A stretch of DNA of 64,000 nucleotides from positions 160,001 through 224,000 of the forward strand of contig JBJOKS010000001.1 of assembly GCA_046045965.1 (NCBI GenBank). Direction: 5' to 3'. The position numbers were made by a program, and so were the translations under genes. The notes below the pieces were generated by a model. The model was not told the DNA's origin. It ran no database searches and saw only the letters and a list, made by a program, of their open reading frames with translations. Origin of the DNA: Cyanobacteriota bacterium (GTDB lineage: Bacteria > Cyanobacteriota > Cyanobacteriia > Cyanobacteriales > Nostocaceae). Shown piece after piece: positions 17,753 to 29,072 of the stretch. Within the stretch, counting starts at the first letter, position 1. Every line of letters begins with the position of its first letter.

Positions 17753-18901
17753 ATGGACAATAAGTTAATGTTGATGATTCCTGGACCTACACCAGTTCCA
17801 GAAGCGGCCTTGCTGGCATTGGCCAAACACCCCATCGGACACCGTTCAGGTGAATTTAGCAGTATGATGGGGGAGGTGACAGAAAACCTGAAATGGCTGC
17901 ACCAAACCCAAAGTGATGTGCTAATGCTGAATGTTAGCGGTACTGGTGCGGTAGAAGCAGGGATAATTAATTTTCTTTCCCCAGGCGATCGCATTTTAGT
18001 GGGTAATAATGGTAAATTCGGTGAACGTTGGGTAGAAGTCGGTCAAGCTTTTGGTTTAAATGTGGAAGCTGTCACCGCAGAATGGGGACAACCTTTGGAC
18101 CCTGCTAAATTTGGGGAAATATTACAAGCTGACACCAACAAAGAAATTAAAGCTGTCGTTATCACCCACAGCGAAACTTCCACAGGTGTAATTAATGATT
18201 TGGTAGCTATTAACAGTCATGTAAAAGCACATGGACAGGCTTTAATTATTGTTGATGCTGTCACCAGCTTGGGTGCTTATAATGTTGCTGTCGATGCTTT
18301 GGGTTTGGATGTCGTTGCGTCCGGTTCTCAAAAAGGCTACATGATACCCCCCGGTTTAGGGTTTGTGTCTGTGAGTCCTAAAGCTTGGGAAGCTTACAAA
18401 ACTGCGAAATTACCAAAATATTATTTAGATTTAGGTAAATATCGCAAAGCAACTGCTAAAAATACCACTCCTTTCACTCCCCCAGTTAACTTAATTGTGG
18501 CATTACACACCACCTTGGGGATGATGAAAAAAGAGGGTTTAGAGTCAATTTTTGCTCGTCATGAACGCCAAAAAAATGCGACTCGTGCGGCGATGAAGGC
18601 TTTAAATTTACCGTTGTTTGCAGCTGATGAATGCGCTAGTCCGGCTATTACCGCTGTCTCAGTACCAGGAATGGAAGCGGATAAAATTCGCTCATTGATG
18701 AAAAAACGGTTTGATATTGCTTTAGCTGGTGGACAAGACCATCTGAGTAATAAAATTTTCCGTATTGGACATTTGGGATTTGTGAGCGATCGCGATATTC
18801 TTAGCTGTATAGCATCATTGGAAATTGTGCTTTCAGAACTCGGTTATGAAAACTTTACTCCCGGTGCTGGTATAGCCGCAGCAGGGAAAGTTTTTGGATA
18901 A
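17753..18901 (+). CDS. Class V PLP aminotransferase (alanine/serine-glyoxylate aminotransferase type)
   Basis: MIPGPTP, THSETSTG, VDAVTS, SGSQKG (PLP Lys), FRIGHLG. Confidence 0.92.
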   Translation: MDNKLMLMIPGPTPVPEAALLALAKHPIGHRSGEFSSMMGEVTENLKWLHQTQSDVLMLNVSGTGAVEAGIINFLSPGDRILVGNNGKFGERWVEVGQAFGLNVEAVTAEWGQPLDPAKFGEILQADTNKEIKAVVITHSETSTGVINDLVAINSHVKAHGQALIIVDAVTSLGAYNVAVDALGLDVVASGSQKGYMIPPGLGFVSVSPKAWEAYKTAKLPKYYLDLGKYRKATAKNTTPFTPPVNLIVALHTTLGMMKKEGLESIFARHERQKNATRAAMKALNLPLFAADECASPAITAVSVPGMEADKIRSLMKKRFDIALAGGQDHLSNKIFRIGHLGFVSDRDILSCIASLEIVLSELGYENFTPGAGIAAAGKVFG

Positions 18902-18959
18902 GGTAGGTGACTCTTTACTGGGGACTGGTGACTGGGGAGAATATATATTACTTTCTTTA

Positions 18960-19040
<81 letters not shown>

Positions 19041-19043
19041 ATT

Positions 19044-19077
19044 AAAAAGGCGAGTTGTTTGAACAGCTCGCCTTTTT
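19044..19077. terminator. Bidirectional intrinsic terminator
   Basis: AAAAAGGCGAGTTGTT-TG-AACAGCTCGCCTTTTT between convergent genes. Confidence 0.8.
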
Positions 19078-19276
19078 ATTTTGGATATCAATGAGTAAAA
19101 ACTGTCTGAGTTAATCTTTCTATCTATCAAACTTTGCACAGGGCAGAGTTGAATTGACATACCTCAATTCTCCTGAAGTAGCTCAACCGTTTCACATTGA
19201 ATTTGTATACAGTTAGCCCACAGAATATTTACCAGAATATTACCAGCAATAAATTTTCTGGGTTTACATTGCTTAC

Positions 19277-19468
19277 CTATGCAGTTTCCAACCAATCATA
19301 AATTTGTTCTAACTGCTCTAGGGTAATCAATCCATACTGCCACAGGATCATGGTTAAAGAGCCTGTATCTTGCTCACGATGACGCAAAGCCACGGACAAA
19401 GAAGCTGCGGAAATTGCCAAATCTTCTTGGAGAAAATTAATTAAACGAGAATATCTTGATGGTGCCAT
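19277..19468 (-). CDS. DUF2949-family small protein
   Basis: LINFLQEDLAIS...MILWQYGLITLEQLEQIYDWL; GGAGG RBS upstream of ATG 19468. Confidence 0.8.
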   Translation of the reverse strand: MAPSRYSRLINFLQEDLAISAASLSVALRHREQDTGSLTMILWQYGLITLEQLEQIYDWLETA

Positions 19469-20055
19469 TTGTATCTCACCTCCTTGGGTAGAGTGTATTA
19501 TCATATATCCTTCCTTGATTTCTCAGTGATCTAAAGCCAGTATTTGATGTGTCACTGTCCCATGATTGGATTAATTTATGAATTAACCACCAGCACAGTT
19601 GATGACAGTTGATTTTTTATTTCTCTGAGAGCAGTTTATGTTCACTTCTGCCAGAGTTTGTGACAAAACAGCAATTTTCTTACTGCTTATTTCCCCCCAT
19701 CAGAACTAGTATTAGCACTGAGTTAAATCGGCTTCATCATGTTGAGTCTTTTGTGCTGGATGTAATTGCATTTGGAGTAAAAAAGATTCCATAGCCTATA
19801 GTCCTCTATGGATGACTATTTACACTTATGTCAAAAGAAGGATTTTTCTGATTAAACTTTGAAGCCAGGATTTTAGGTATGGAAAAGCCAGGTCTGATGT
19901 CAAGAGAGCTACTGGTAAATATTAACCTCTTTTTTTTACGGAATAGTTTTCTTACCACAGTATCTTTATACAAGCTTGACAGATTCTTCACAAAGGGTCA
20001 GTTGTCAGTCTCAAAAGGCAAAAGACTGAAAGTTAATTTCCCTATCCCTTGATCA

Positions 20056-20589
20056 CTAGCTAGGTTTTAAGAATTCAATTTTTACCTTGTCACCTACTTG
20101 TAAACCTAATTCTTTAGCTCGTTTGGACCTGAGTTCAATTACTTGGTCTATTGGTACGTTCGGTCCGTAGGTGGGACAAGGTTCACTCTGACAAGGAGGT
20201 GCAGAAGTCTGAATATACTGAATTACCCCCTTGTGGAGAAATACCATATCTAGAGATACGGGTACATTCTTCATCCAGAAACTGACTGGTTGTGCTGAGG
20301 GAAATACAAACAACATTCCCCGGTCATCTGGTAAAGCTGGTCGATACATCAACCCCATCATTTGCTGTTCTGGTGTTTTTGCTACTTCTAGGTTGATTTT
20401 TGTGCCGTTGGGAAGGATAGCTTGAGCAGATATTGGCAATTTTTGACCTTTAAATGTTTGTGTTTGAATTTGAGAAGTTGATGTAGCAGCGGGTTCGGCT
20501 GTGGTTGGGGAAGAACAACCGATGAGTAATATACTCAGCAATATAGAAAACAAAGCTGGCTGACGCAACATAAGCAATTGGAAATTCAA
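20056..20589 (-). CDS. DUF192-family lipoprotein
   Basis: GLMYR...GMLFVF...FWMKN...LDMVF...VIEL; LIGC lipobox. Confidence 0.88.
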   Translation of the reverse strand: MNFQLLMLRQPALFSILLSILLIGCSSPTTAEPAATSTSQIQTQTFKGQKLPISAQAILPNGTKINLEVAKTPEQQMMGLMYRPALPDDRGMLFVFPSAQPVSFWMKNVPVSLDMVFLHKGVIQYIQTSAPPCQSEPCPTYGPNVPIDQVIELRSKRAKELGLQVGDKVKIEFLKPS

Positions 20590-20851
20590 GGTTTTTTGAA
20601 TTTAGATTTCGATTTTACAGAAATTTCCATAAAATAGCCCGTTATTTGCAATTATTTTTCGGACATTAAAATTTATATAGGGCTTAAGTAGGTAGGAGGC
20701 AGGAGGCAGAAGGCAGGGGGCAGGAGGCAGGAGGGAATTTAAAAATTTCTTTTCCGTTTCTCCAACTCAACAAAAGTGTAAGGTTTTTGAGACTCTAGAG
20801 GGTATATCGAAAGCACCTACTTTCCTGTGTGTCAGCCTAAAACCTTTGATT

Positions 20852-20964
20852 TATAGCAATCCTATTTGATTTATGAATGGAGTTTTTAAAACGAACCGCT
20901 CCAGACGCAGAGAGCGCAGAGGTAGAGAAAAAGAGGTGTTCATATCTTATTTAGGATTGCTATA
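20852..20964. mobile_element. TA-flanked MITE (IS630-like ends)
   Basis: TATAGCAATCCTA ... TAGGATTGCTATA perfect 13-bp inverted termini. Confidence 0.8.
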
Positions 20965-21023
20965 TCTGGGTCTTATCTTTTTTCAGCAAGCCCTAGATAA
21001 ACTATTTTTAGCTGCTTCTAATT

Positions 21024-21068
<45 letters not shown>

Positions 21069-21069
21069 A

Positions 21070-22851
21070 CTAAAAAGGTCTATATTCAACAGAGAAGTAA
21101 AGACCATTTTCTTGTAAAGTATTTCCGGTTCTATCGACGTTAACTAAGGGAATACCCCAGTCAAATCGGGCGTTAAAATTTTGACCTACTAATAAACGCA
21201 AACCTACACCCACTGAAGATAAGGTTTGCTGTTCAATATCTACATCAGAACTAGAGTGATTCCAAACAGTACCAAAATCAAAAAAGGGACTTAATTCTAA
21301 GGTGGTTTGCCATTTAGGAATGCGAAGAATTGCAGTCCGAACTTCTGCGGAAGCAAATAGGCCATTATCGGCTAATAAAGAATCCTGTCGATAACCGCGT
21401 ACACTTTGTTGACCACCGGCGCTAAATTGTTCTAGTGCGAGTAAGGGGCGATCGCTCAGTTGAATATCTGACCTTAATAATAATGTTGTATCTGGAGTTA
21501 ATAGACGTAAATATTGAGCTTGTCCACGCCATGCCAAAAATTGACTATCAGGCTCTGTATCATTATTTGTGGCGTTAAAAGTATTAATTCCTAAGCTCAA
21601 TTGCGATCGCAATGCAAAAACCTGTTGACTATCTCGCTGTGTATATTCCTGAAAAAAGCGGAGTGCAGAAATTCTTACTTCTCCTTGATCATTTGCACCT
21701 GGAGATAAGGGAAAACCTTCACCTAAGAGTGTGGTTTCTGATTCTTGTCTTGAACCTGTTAAACCCAATATAAATTCTTTGGTGGGGCTTTGGTAAAGGG
21801 GTTGACGGTAGGTAAGTTGATAGTTGCGGGATGCAGATTGAATATCTAAGACGTTAAAAGGATCTTCAATAATGTTGGTTCGGGTGCGACTGTAGCTAAA
21901 GCCGATAGTACCGTTGTGAGGGTTAATGGGGAAAGTGTAGCTGAGATTATCAAGGGAGTTGCTACCGTCAGTATTGATATAACCGACTTGAAAGCGATCG
22001 CCAAATCCGAAAAAATTATTGTGATTAATTTGCAATTGACGACGTACACTACCAACACTGGGCGATCGCTGATTATCAATACTGATCTGCGTTGAAAAAG
22101 CGTCAGCTTCTCGTACTTTAATGTCTAATACGCTTACTCCAGCACTAGACCCGGCGGCTAATTCTGCTGATAAATTAGCAATGAGCGGATCAAGTTGTAA
22201 CATTTGCAAAGCCTGAAGCAAGCGATTTTGATCCAAAGGTGCTTTTGTTGCTAATGCTAGTCTACTGCGAACATAACCAGGACGCAATCTGTTTAACCCG
22301 GAAATATTAATTGCTTCTACTTTACCTTCAATTACTGCAATTTTAACTACTCCATCTTTTAATTCTTGGATAGGAATAAAAGCTCCAGAAGTGATATAAC
22401 CACGCTCTATATATAATTCATTAATAGCTTCCTTAGCTTTCAATAATTCAGCAAAAGAAATAGGGGTATTTGTAAACTCTTTAAGTTTATTTGCCAGTTC
22501 TTCTTGACTGAAAACCGTACTCCCAATGATTTCAAACTTTGTCACTGTAATTGTTCCAGGAATATCTCCTATTGATGGTTGGGGAGTCGTTGGAGTTGTC
22601 TCTGGTTTGGGAAGTAATTCTTCTAGGGGTGGTAAGGGTGTTTCTGGTAGAGGTTCGAGATTAGGTAATACTGGCGGTTGTATTTCTGTTTCCCTAAATT
22701 GCTCAGGTGTTTGTGTTACAGTTTGGCTAATTATTTGAGCGTTGACTGGTAATACAAAACTGGGAAGAAAAAATTTCCCAGCAAAAATCAAAAGATAAAG
22801 TATGGATTTTTTAAACTTTTTATTTTTAATTACCATGAGTTGATTTTTCAC
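21070..22851 (-). CDS. ShlB/FhaC/HecB two-partner secretion outer-membrane transporter (TpsB)
   Basis: POTRA (YIERGYITS, IEGKVE), VRGYRQD loop motif, C-terminal Phe. Confidence 0.92.
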   Translation of the reverse strand: MKNQLMVIKNKKFKKSILYLLIFAGKFFLPSFVLPVNAQIISQTVTQTPEQFRETEIQPPVLPNLEPLPETPLPPLEELLPKPETTPTTPQPSIGDIPGTITVTKFEIIGSTVFSQEELANKLKEFTNTPISFAELLKAKEAINELYIERGYITSGAFIPIQELKDGVVKIAVIEGKVEAINISGLNRLRPGYVRSRLALATKAPLDQNRLLQALQMLQLDPLIANLSAELAAGSSAGVSVLDIKVREADAFSTQISIDNQRSPSVGSVRRQLQINHNNFFGFGDRFQVGYINTDGSNSLDNLSYTFPINPHNGTIGFSYSRTRTNIIEDPFNVLDIQSASRNYQLTYRQPLYQSPTKEFILGLTGSRQESETTLLGEGFPLSPGANDQGEVRISALRFFQEYTQRDSQQVFALRSQLSLGINTFNATNNDTEPDSQFLAWRGQAQYLRLLTPDTTLLLRSDIQLSDRPLLALEQFSAGGQQSVRGYRQDSLLADNGLFASAEVRTAILRIPKWQTTLELSPFFDFGTVWNHSSSDVDIEQQTLSSVGVGLRLLVGQNFNARFDWGIPLVNVDRTGNTLQENGLYFSVEYRPF

Positions 22852-23374
22852 TTTTCCTCACACACTTTAATTTTAAACTAATGACTTAACAATTAAATAT
22901 TGAAGACTGTTGACAACGGAGATTTAAACACTACTGTAGTCAAATACCCTAGTGTAAGGTATTAGACCTTTTTCTTCCTGATCATTATGCTTTGCGTGTC
23001 TTTTTAGAAAATTGTTACTTTAATCATAGCAGTAAATGTAATTAGGTGATAGCTTGCTTGATTAGTATTTGACTCTAATTCATCAACAACCTCACAAAGA
23101 CAGCCTATATAGTCCCATAGTTTTGGCCTGCGGGTGATGGGATTATGGATAAGTAGAAAAAATTTTGATCTAGTTATAACTGCTGCATAATATCAGCTAT
23201 CAATAATATTGTTTTATAATTATTTAGTAATACATACTGCTAATTCTTCTATGTCAGCAAACACTATAACAATAAGGTATTTAAGGATACCTAAGTTGCT
23301 GTTACCAGTTGGAAAAAACAGGATGAAAAAATATAAAACTGGAAAACCAACTGCTATTCCTCTATCCTCTATAT

Positions 23375-23995
23375 TTATTGATCAATTTGCTCAGGTTTGG
23401 CGAAAATTGTGAGTAATACTGGACCTAATAAATAATAATGCCCTAAACATAAAAGTCCTGCATTAGACCCTAGTTTTTCACGTTGTTCTTGATGATAAAA
23501 TTTAACACTTGCTGGAGAATTTGCCATCAATTGAGATGCTAAATTATTAGCAGTTATATCAACCAAATAAAAGCGTCCACCGGCAGCAAGTACCCGCGCA
23601 ACTTCACTTAACACTCTTTCTGGTTGAGAATAATGTAAGAAACTGATAGTGTTAAAAACAGCATCAAATTGACCTTCAGCAAAAGGAAGTAATTCCGCAT
23701 TACCTTCAAGATAAATTAAGCGGGGACGGTGCTGATTACTTTGTCTAGCAACCCGCAACATTTGGGGAGATAAATCTAATCCTGTACCACGTAAATTAGG
23801 AAATTGACTTGCTAATCTATTGAGTAAGCGTCCAGTTCCACAACCTAAGTCAAGTACATTGGCATTTGCTGGAAGTTCAATTTTGGAAATTAATCTTTTA
23901 TGGATAGCTTGGTAAATAAAAGAAGGAAATGTCCAATCGTAACTTGGGGCCCAACGATCAAAGAGTTGTTTTTTATTATTGATAAATTTACTCAT
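23375..23995 (-). CDS. Class I SAM-dependent methyltransferase
   Basis: VLDLGCGTG, GLDLS, LPFAEGQFDAV. Confidence 0.9.
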   Translation of the reverse strand: MSKFINNKKQLFDRWAPSYDWTFPSFIYQAIHKRLISKIELPANANVLDLGCGTGRLLNRLASQFPNLRGTGLDLSPQMLRVARQSNQHRPRLIYLEGNAELLPFAEGQFDAVFNTISFLHYSQPERVLSEVARVLAAGGRFYLVDITANNLASQLMANSPASVKFYHQEQREKLGSNAGLLCLGHYYLLGPVLLTIFAKPEQIDQ

Positions 23996-24125
23996 AGGTG
24001 ACTGCTTGGCATAGCTATATTTACTTCTATTGTAATTTTAATTGGCATAATTAGGGGTATAATCAGGGGGAAATTTAAAATACCAGACTTCTCAAAAAAA
24101 GTCGGGTATCTTGTTACGCTAGTGA

Positions 24126-24725
24126 TCACAAAGTGGCTAAGAGTTCTTGTAATCTTTCCCTTCCGTCTCGAAATACAGACCAACCATCTCCGACTAAAAC
24201 TGCTTGTACTTTTGTTAATTCTGCTAATCTGCGAACTGAAGCAATAGCTTGTTCTCGATGTAGTAACTTGTTGTCTGCTAGGATGGTTAAGGTGTCGGCT
24301 GAAGGCGATCGCACTAAATCACCAATGATTAAAGTTGTTTCCTCTAATAACAAAGCTATTTCACCGGGAGTTTTTGAACCTTGCAGTTCCATCACTTTTA
24401 GTCCTGGGACTAATTCTTCACCATCACTCAACCAGCGATCGCACACTATTGGGAAATTTTCCTTCTCAGCTACAGGTCCGGCAATTTTTGAGTATGTTTG
24501 ATTAGCAATCTCCTTAGCTGCTCGTAGATGATCCGAGTTTGTCAGGACAATCCAAACCACACCACCGAGAGATTCTAGATGATTCCAGTCATGGTTTGAT
24601 AAAGCTACTGGATCAATTAAGATATTACCCTCTGGACGAATCCAGGCGAACCCATTGAAATCAATATTTCTTGTCGGGTTAAAACAAGACCAGGTATATA
24701 AATCGGGACGGTGCAGAGATTTCAT
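24126..24725 (-). CDS. Metallo-beta-lactamase-fold protein with degenerate metal motif
   Basis: ILIDP, LTNSDH, GSKTPGE, IIGDL, VGDG. Confidence 0.75.
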   Translation of the reverse strand: MKSLHRPDLYTWSCFNPTRNIDFNGFAWIRPEGNILIDPVALSNHDWNHLESLGGVVWIVLTNSDHLRAAKEIANQTYSKIAGPVAEKENFPIVCDRWLSDGEELVPGLKVMELQGSKTPGEIALLLEETTLIIGDLVRSPSADTLTILADNKLLHREQAIASVRRLAELTKVQAVLVGDGWSVFRDGRERLQELLATL

Positions 24726-25085
24726 GATGATTCTGGCTTGTGAACCTGCGATAGTGTGTGTTTATGACATCAGTATCAATAATCTATCATTCATATTCAC
24801 TTAGTTGCGAAAATTTTGCAATTTCCCTTATCTTAACCATTGGGAATTGAGCATGAGCTGGCTAAATACTGAACATTTTTATAACATCTATGTTTGAGAG
24901 TTTACTGATAGGAAATAAGTAAGTCGGTGGGAAAAAACCGAAGTATGTAACAAAAAGTAAATTCACCAAAACCCTCTTCCCTGTTAAGAGTTCCCTCTGT
25001 ACACAGATAATTTCAAAAATCAAATACCAGTCCTATATTTCTACATTTTTAGGGGTCAAGCACATTGCTAAATCCTTGTTTATTT

Positions 25086-25272
25086 GGCTCTTCAGTACCT
25101 AATATGCTAAATTGTTCTGATAAAATCTGAAAAGGCTTACCGTATAAGGGAAATAATGTTGGTTATTGAAGAAAATGGCTGAAAATGTCTAAATATTCCC
25201 TCTTAATCTCTGTTCCCTGTTCCCTGTTCCCTCGAACTCAGGTTAAATTAGCATAACAAGTACGGTAGAACC
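25086..25272. mobile_element. 187-bp MITE with imperfect ~28-bp TIRs and 8-bp target duplication (IS1/IS1595-like ends)
   Basis: GGCTCTTCAGTACCTAATATGCTAAATT ... AAATTAGCATAACAAGTACGGTAGAACC; GTTTATTT duplicated at 25078-25085 and 25273-25280. Confidence 0.78.
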
Positions 25273-25623
25273 GTTTATTTATGCAGTGGTAAAGATGTAA
25301 TTTATGATCAAAAATCAGCCAAAAGATAGACGGCAAAAAGTAGTTAATTGAAGTTAATCAATACTGTAATCAACAAAAGATGACCTTAGTATTGAGCTAA
25401 AAATAACTCTTTATTAAGACACCGAACTTAAAATCTGAGAGTTTGGAAAATACTGCCAAAGTAGCAATAAATTCTCTGAAGTTTTTGTTAATATTCATTG
25501 TTGGAATTATCGGCTGATAAATTCAGGGTTTCAAGCATTATTTACCCTGGAAAAAGTGGGAATTAATTTTGTATGAGTCCAATTCAGGACTAGAAATACA
25601 CATCAAAAAAACAGGAGTATTTT

Positions 25624-25989
25624 ATGATGATGATGATGATGACTGAATCTATGACTACCGAAATGCAAACTTGCATGAATGCTTGCATGGAATGTCATAA
25701 AATTTGCTTGGAAACCATGACTTACTGCATGAGTAAAGGCGGTAGGTACATGGATATGGGGATGATGAGCATCATGCGTGACTGCTCAGAAATGTGCATG
25801 ATGTGTACGAATATGATGATGAGTGGTTCCGAGTTTATGGATCGTACTTGTATGTTGTGTGCGGAAATGTGCGATCGCTGTGCCGCAGCTTGTGAAACAA
25901 TCAGTGATGATAGCAAGATGCTGGATTGTGCCGCTGCTTGTCGCAGATGTGCAGAAACTTGCAGATCCATGCAAATGGTGCGTGCTTAA
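25624..25989 (+). CDS. Four-helix-bundle copper storage protein (Csp3/DUF326-like), Cys/Met-rich
   Basis: Repeated CxxxC/CxxC (CMNACMECHKIC, CAEMCDRCAAAC, CAAACRRCAETC); AGGAG RBS; no signal peptide. Confidence 0.88.
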   Translation: MMMMMMTESMTTEMQTCMNACMECHKICLETMTYCMSKGGRYMDMGMMSIMRDCSEMCMMCTNMMMSGSEFMDRTCMLCAEMCDRCAAACETISDDSKMLDCAAACRRCAETCRSMQMVRA

Positions 25990-26146
25990 TTTGATGAACT
26001 AGCAGATTAACTAACATAACTTACTCTGCGACCTATTCAGGCGCTCAAGCTGTTTTAGTTTGGGTGCTTACTGTTTTTTAAACAGATTTTTCTGGATCTG
26101 AAAACAGAGGATGAATTAAAATGAGAATAAACAGCGAGTAGGAAAT

Positions 26147-26596
26147 ATGAGTAAAACATCAGTCAAAAATCTATACGAACAAGATTTTTCTCTTTGGGTT
26201 GAGGATACAGTCAGTAAATTAAAAGCACGAGACAATGATAATTTAGATTGGGATAATTTAATTGAAGAGGTAGAGTCTTTGGGGAAAAGTCAGCGTAAAA
26301 CTGTCAGGAGTTTTTTGGTGCGTTTATTGGAACATCTGTTAAAGCGGTGTTATGTACCAATGTCAGACTGTTATCGGGGTTGGGAAATTGAAATCAGGAA
26401 TTTTCGTCAACGTTTACAAATTGAGTTAGAAGACTCACCGAGTTTAAAAGGTTTTGTTTTAGAAATTCTTGATAAGAGTTATGAAATGGCTTTGGAAAAT
26501 GTCAGAGATGGTTATCCTGAAATTTATTTTTCTGATGTTTGTCCATTTCCCAGTGATGTAGATGCTTTGTTAACTAAGAAGTTGTGGGAAGAATAA
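26147..26596 (+). CDS. DUF29-family protein
   Basis: LYEQDFSLW, LDWDNLIEEVESLG, LLEHLLK, DSPSL, CPF. Confidence 0.9.
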   Translation: MSKTSVKNLYEQDFSLWVEDTVSKLKARDNDNLDWDNLIEEVESLGKSQRKTVRSFLVRLLEHLLKRCYVPMSDCYRGWEIEIRNFRQRLQIELEDSPSLKGFVLEILDKSYEMALENVRDGYPEIYFSDVCPFPSDVDALLTKKLWEE

Positions 26597-27043
26597 TGAT
26601 TATTTGTGGTAGGGGTTTAGCATAACGCAGCTTCATTAGCATAAAATCTCTTATTTGTCAATGCCTCAATCTCTAACCCTCAAACAACAGCATCGGATTT
26701 TGGCAAAATTTGTTTCAGAAGTCCTTGATTAATTTATTAAGTTTTGTATTATTTATAGTTTGCAATTTCTGAAGTGTTTATAGATAAAGGCTTTCAAAGT
26801 TATACTCTCAACTCAATCTTACAAATAGGCACAATAATCGAAATTACAAATTTTCATAAATCATAGCAGATCGCTGAAAGTATTGCAACCTCGTTGATAA
26901 ATAGAAATAATTTTCAATTAATTATTAAGAAAATATAAAGGAGAAATTCTGAAAATTATAAATTTTTAAACTATTTGGAAGTTATCATAAGCCTTGCTTA
27001 TTAAATACCCAAGGGAGTACGCTATCAGACATTTCTATTAAAC

Positions 27044-27092
27044 TAGAGGCAGAGCCTCTTAATGGCATTCCCAGCCGGAGACTGGGAACGAG
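27044..27092. repeat. Palindromic REP-like repeat of a second class
   Basis: AGAGGCAGAGCCTCT and TTCCCAGCCGGAGACTGGGAA hairpins downstream of patB. Confidence 0.55.
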
Positions 27093-27104
27093 AGGACGAG
27101 AAGA

Positions 27105-28694
27105 TTAAAGAATATTTAGAATCCTCCTTAATAAGGCTTGATCTTCTGGTTTAGGTTTAAGACGACCATTTTCTACATCTCGAATCCAACTTTGACTTTT
27201 ACCTGTCAGCTTTGCTAATTCCCTTTGGGAAATGTTGATACTTTTGCGGGCTTGTAAAACCTGTTCAGCTAATAAATCATCTGGGTTTTTGAGAACTCTT
27301 TTATTCCTCACATTACGCCGCTTTTTTTTCTCAGCTTCTGAACTTAACTGTTCCCATTCTGGAGGTAGTTCAAAAGATAAAATCCGGGCATTCATCAGCA
27401 TATTCCATTTACCACGGGGTCCGCTATCTGTGAGGCGATGATCACCACCACCGTCATTAATCCAAAATTCCAAAGCCTCATCTGGATCTTCGGGAATATC
27501 AACTAATTTAGCCCACAAAGGTTGGATTTCTGTTGGGTAGGTAACAGGGTCAAAAATTGCCTTGACTCCATAATGATTGAGAACTTCCAAATCATTTTCA
27601 AATGTTCGCAATAAACGTTTACGTTCATCCCGTAATCTGGAAGCTAGGTTAATTTTTTCCTCGCCATAAGCAACACGCAGTAAAGTAGGAACAGTGATGC
27701 GTTGCTCTCTACCCATTTTGGTTTTAAAAAGTAACCATAACATCAATCTTACTGCACCTTCATGTTGCTGCCAAAGACTCATAACTGTAGTTAACAGCGT
27801 TTTTGGTAGACTACCATATTGATAGAAACCAGTACGCTCTTTACAGCCTTGTTTATTTAAGAAATGCTGCGACCAAATACCGGCTTTGACTTTAAATGTC
27901 AACCCGATCAGATATTTACACCCTTGGTTATCTTCTTGAAAGTGATGCTGAATATCTGTTAAATTCCACAAACGACTTTCTTGCACAGAAAAGCCGGGAA
28001 CTTTACCCCGTTGCGGCCAGTCAATGGAAACAACAAGTGAGCAAGCTTGTTGAACGATGTTCTTGATTAAACATAGCTTGGCGATTTTATTGAGGTCTTT
28101 GCGTTTTTCTAACCCCAAGTATTTTTCAATTTGGCGTTCATCAATCGCAAATTCTTGTTCCCACGGTTGATCTAAGGCTGTAGCATGGGCAGCAAAAATC
28201 AGATGAATACAAGCAGCACGAATATCAAGATTTTCAATTGCTTGTACATTTTGAGCTAGGTTGCTAACTTGAAATGAGTCCTGGATGTGAAAAGAAATTG
28301 TACCCCGACCTTGATTAACTTGTCGGCTATAGTGTAAATTACCTTCTGCATCTGTTTCCCAATTTAATGATTTACGTTGTGCTAGTAGGTTGCAAGCTTC
28401 CCAGATAACTATAGCCGAAGCAAAGGGGTGATTTTTGCCATTAGAAAACAAATCAGGGCTGGTAGGTTCTCGCGCTTCAACTTTGCATCTGCCTTTTTTT
28501 GCTTGCCAAGGTATAGGAGACTTTGTTGGACAAGCAATTACACATTGCGGTTCTGGATAGTAACCCTCGCAATTGTTACAAAGACAAGGATCTATCCAAT
28601 ATTCGTTATTTTCGATTTTGATTGCACCCGTAGGACATTGGGGGCGGCAGTTATTACATCCATCGCAATTTTTGTTAGGAATTGTATAAGGCAT
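27105..28694 (-). CDS. patB: PatB/CnfR nitrogen-fixation transcriptional activator
   Basis: N-terminal 4Fe-4S motifs (CDGCNNCRPQCP, CNNCEG...CVIACP) and C-terminal XRE HTH (SQRELAKLTGKSQSWIRDVENG); 529 aa from ATG 28694; neighbours fdxB and cox. Confidence 0.92.
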   Translation of the reverse strand: MPYTIPNKNCDGCNNCRPQCPTGAIKIENNEYWIDPCLCNNCEGYYPEPQCVIACPTKSPIPWQAKKGRCKVEAREPTSPDLFSNGKNHPFASAIVIWEACNLLAQRKSLNWETDAEGNLHYSRQVNQGRGTISFHIQDSFQVSNLAQNVQAIENLDIRAACIHLIFAAHATALDQPWEQEFAIDERQIEKYLGLEKRKDLNKIAKLCLIKNIVQQACSLVVSIDWPQRGKVPGFSVQESRLWNLTDIQHHFQEDNQGCKYLIGLTFKVKAGIWSQHFLNKQGCKERTGFYQYGSLPKTLLTTVMSLWQQHEGAVRLMLWLLFKTKMGREQRITVPTLLRVAYGEEKINLASRLRDERKRLLRTFENDLEVLNHYGVKAIFDPVTYPTEIQPLWAKLVDIPEDPDEALEFWINDGGGDHRLTDSGPRGKWNMLMNARILSFELPPEWEQLSSEAEKKKRRNVRNKRVLKNPDDLLAEQVLQARKSINISQRELAKLTGKSQSWIRDVENGRLKPKPEDQALLRRILNIL

Positions 28695-29072
28695 AAGGCT
28701 TTTTCCTACTCCAATTGCTGAGATGTTTGGCTCAAGTCTCCCCTCCATGTCTCTTCTTGATTCATAACTTGCTACCAAATTATCTCCATGACCAGAAAAG
28801 TGATTCTCGCCTCACTAATTACTGACATCCAAGGATGTTATTTTGTATCCAATGGGAAGCTATTTAAGTCCTTGAAACTCAGGCTTCATTGCTTCTTCAT
28901 TAACTATACATTTCATAAAGATTTCAATAAGAGTGTTCATCATGAGCTTGGGATGATTTCTTAATCTTTGCCTAAATTTTTAGGCTCGTTATCGCTTATT
29001 TTTGACATCAAAATATCAGCAAATTGTTTTTGATTAACATCTTGAATTATTCGGAGTAGGGGAAATTTAACT

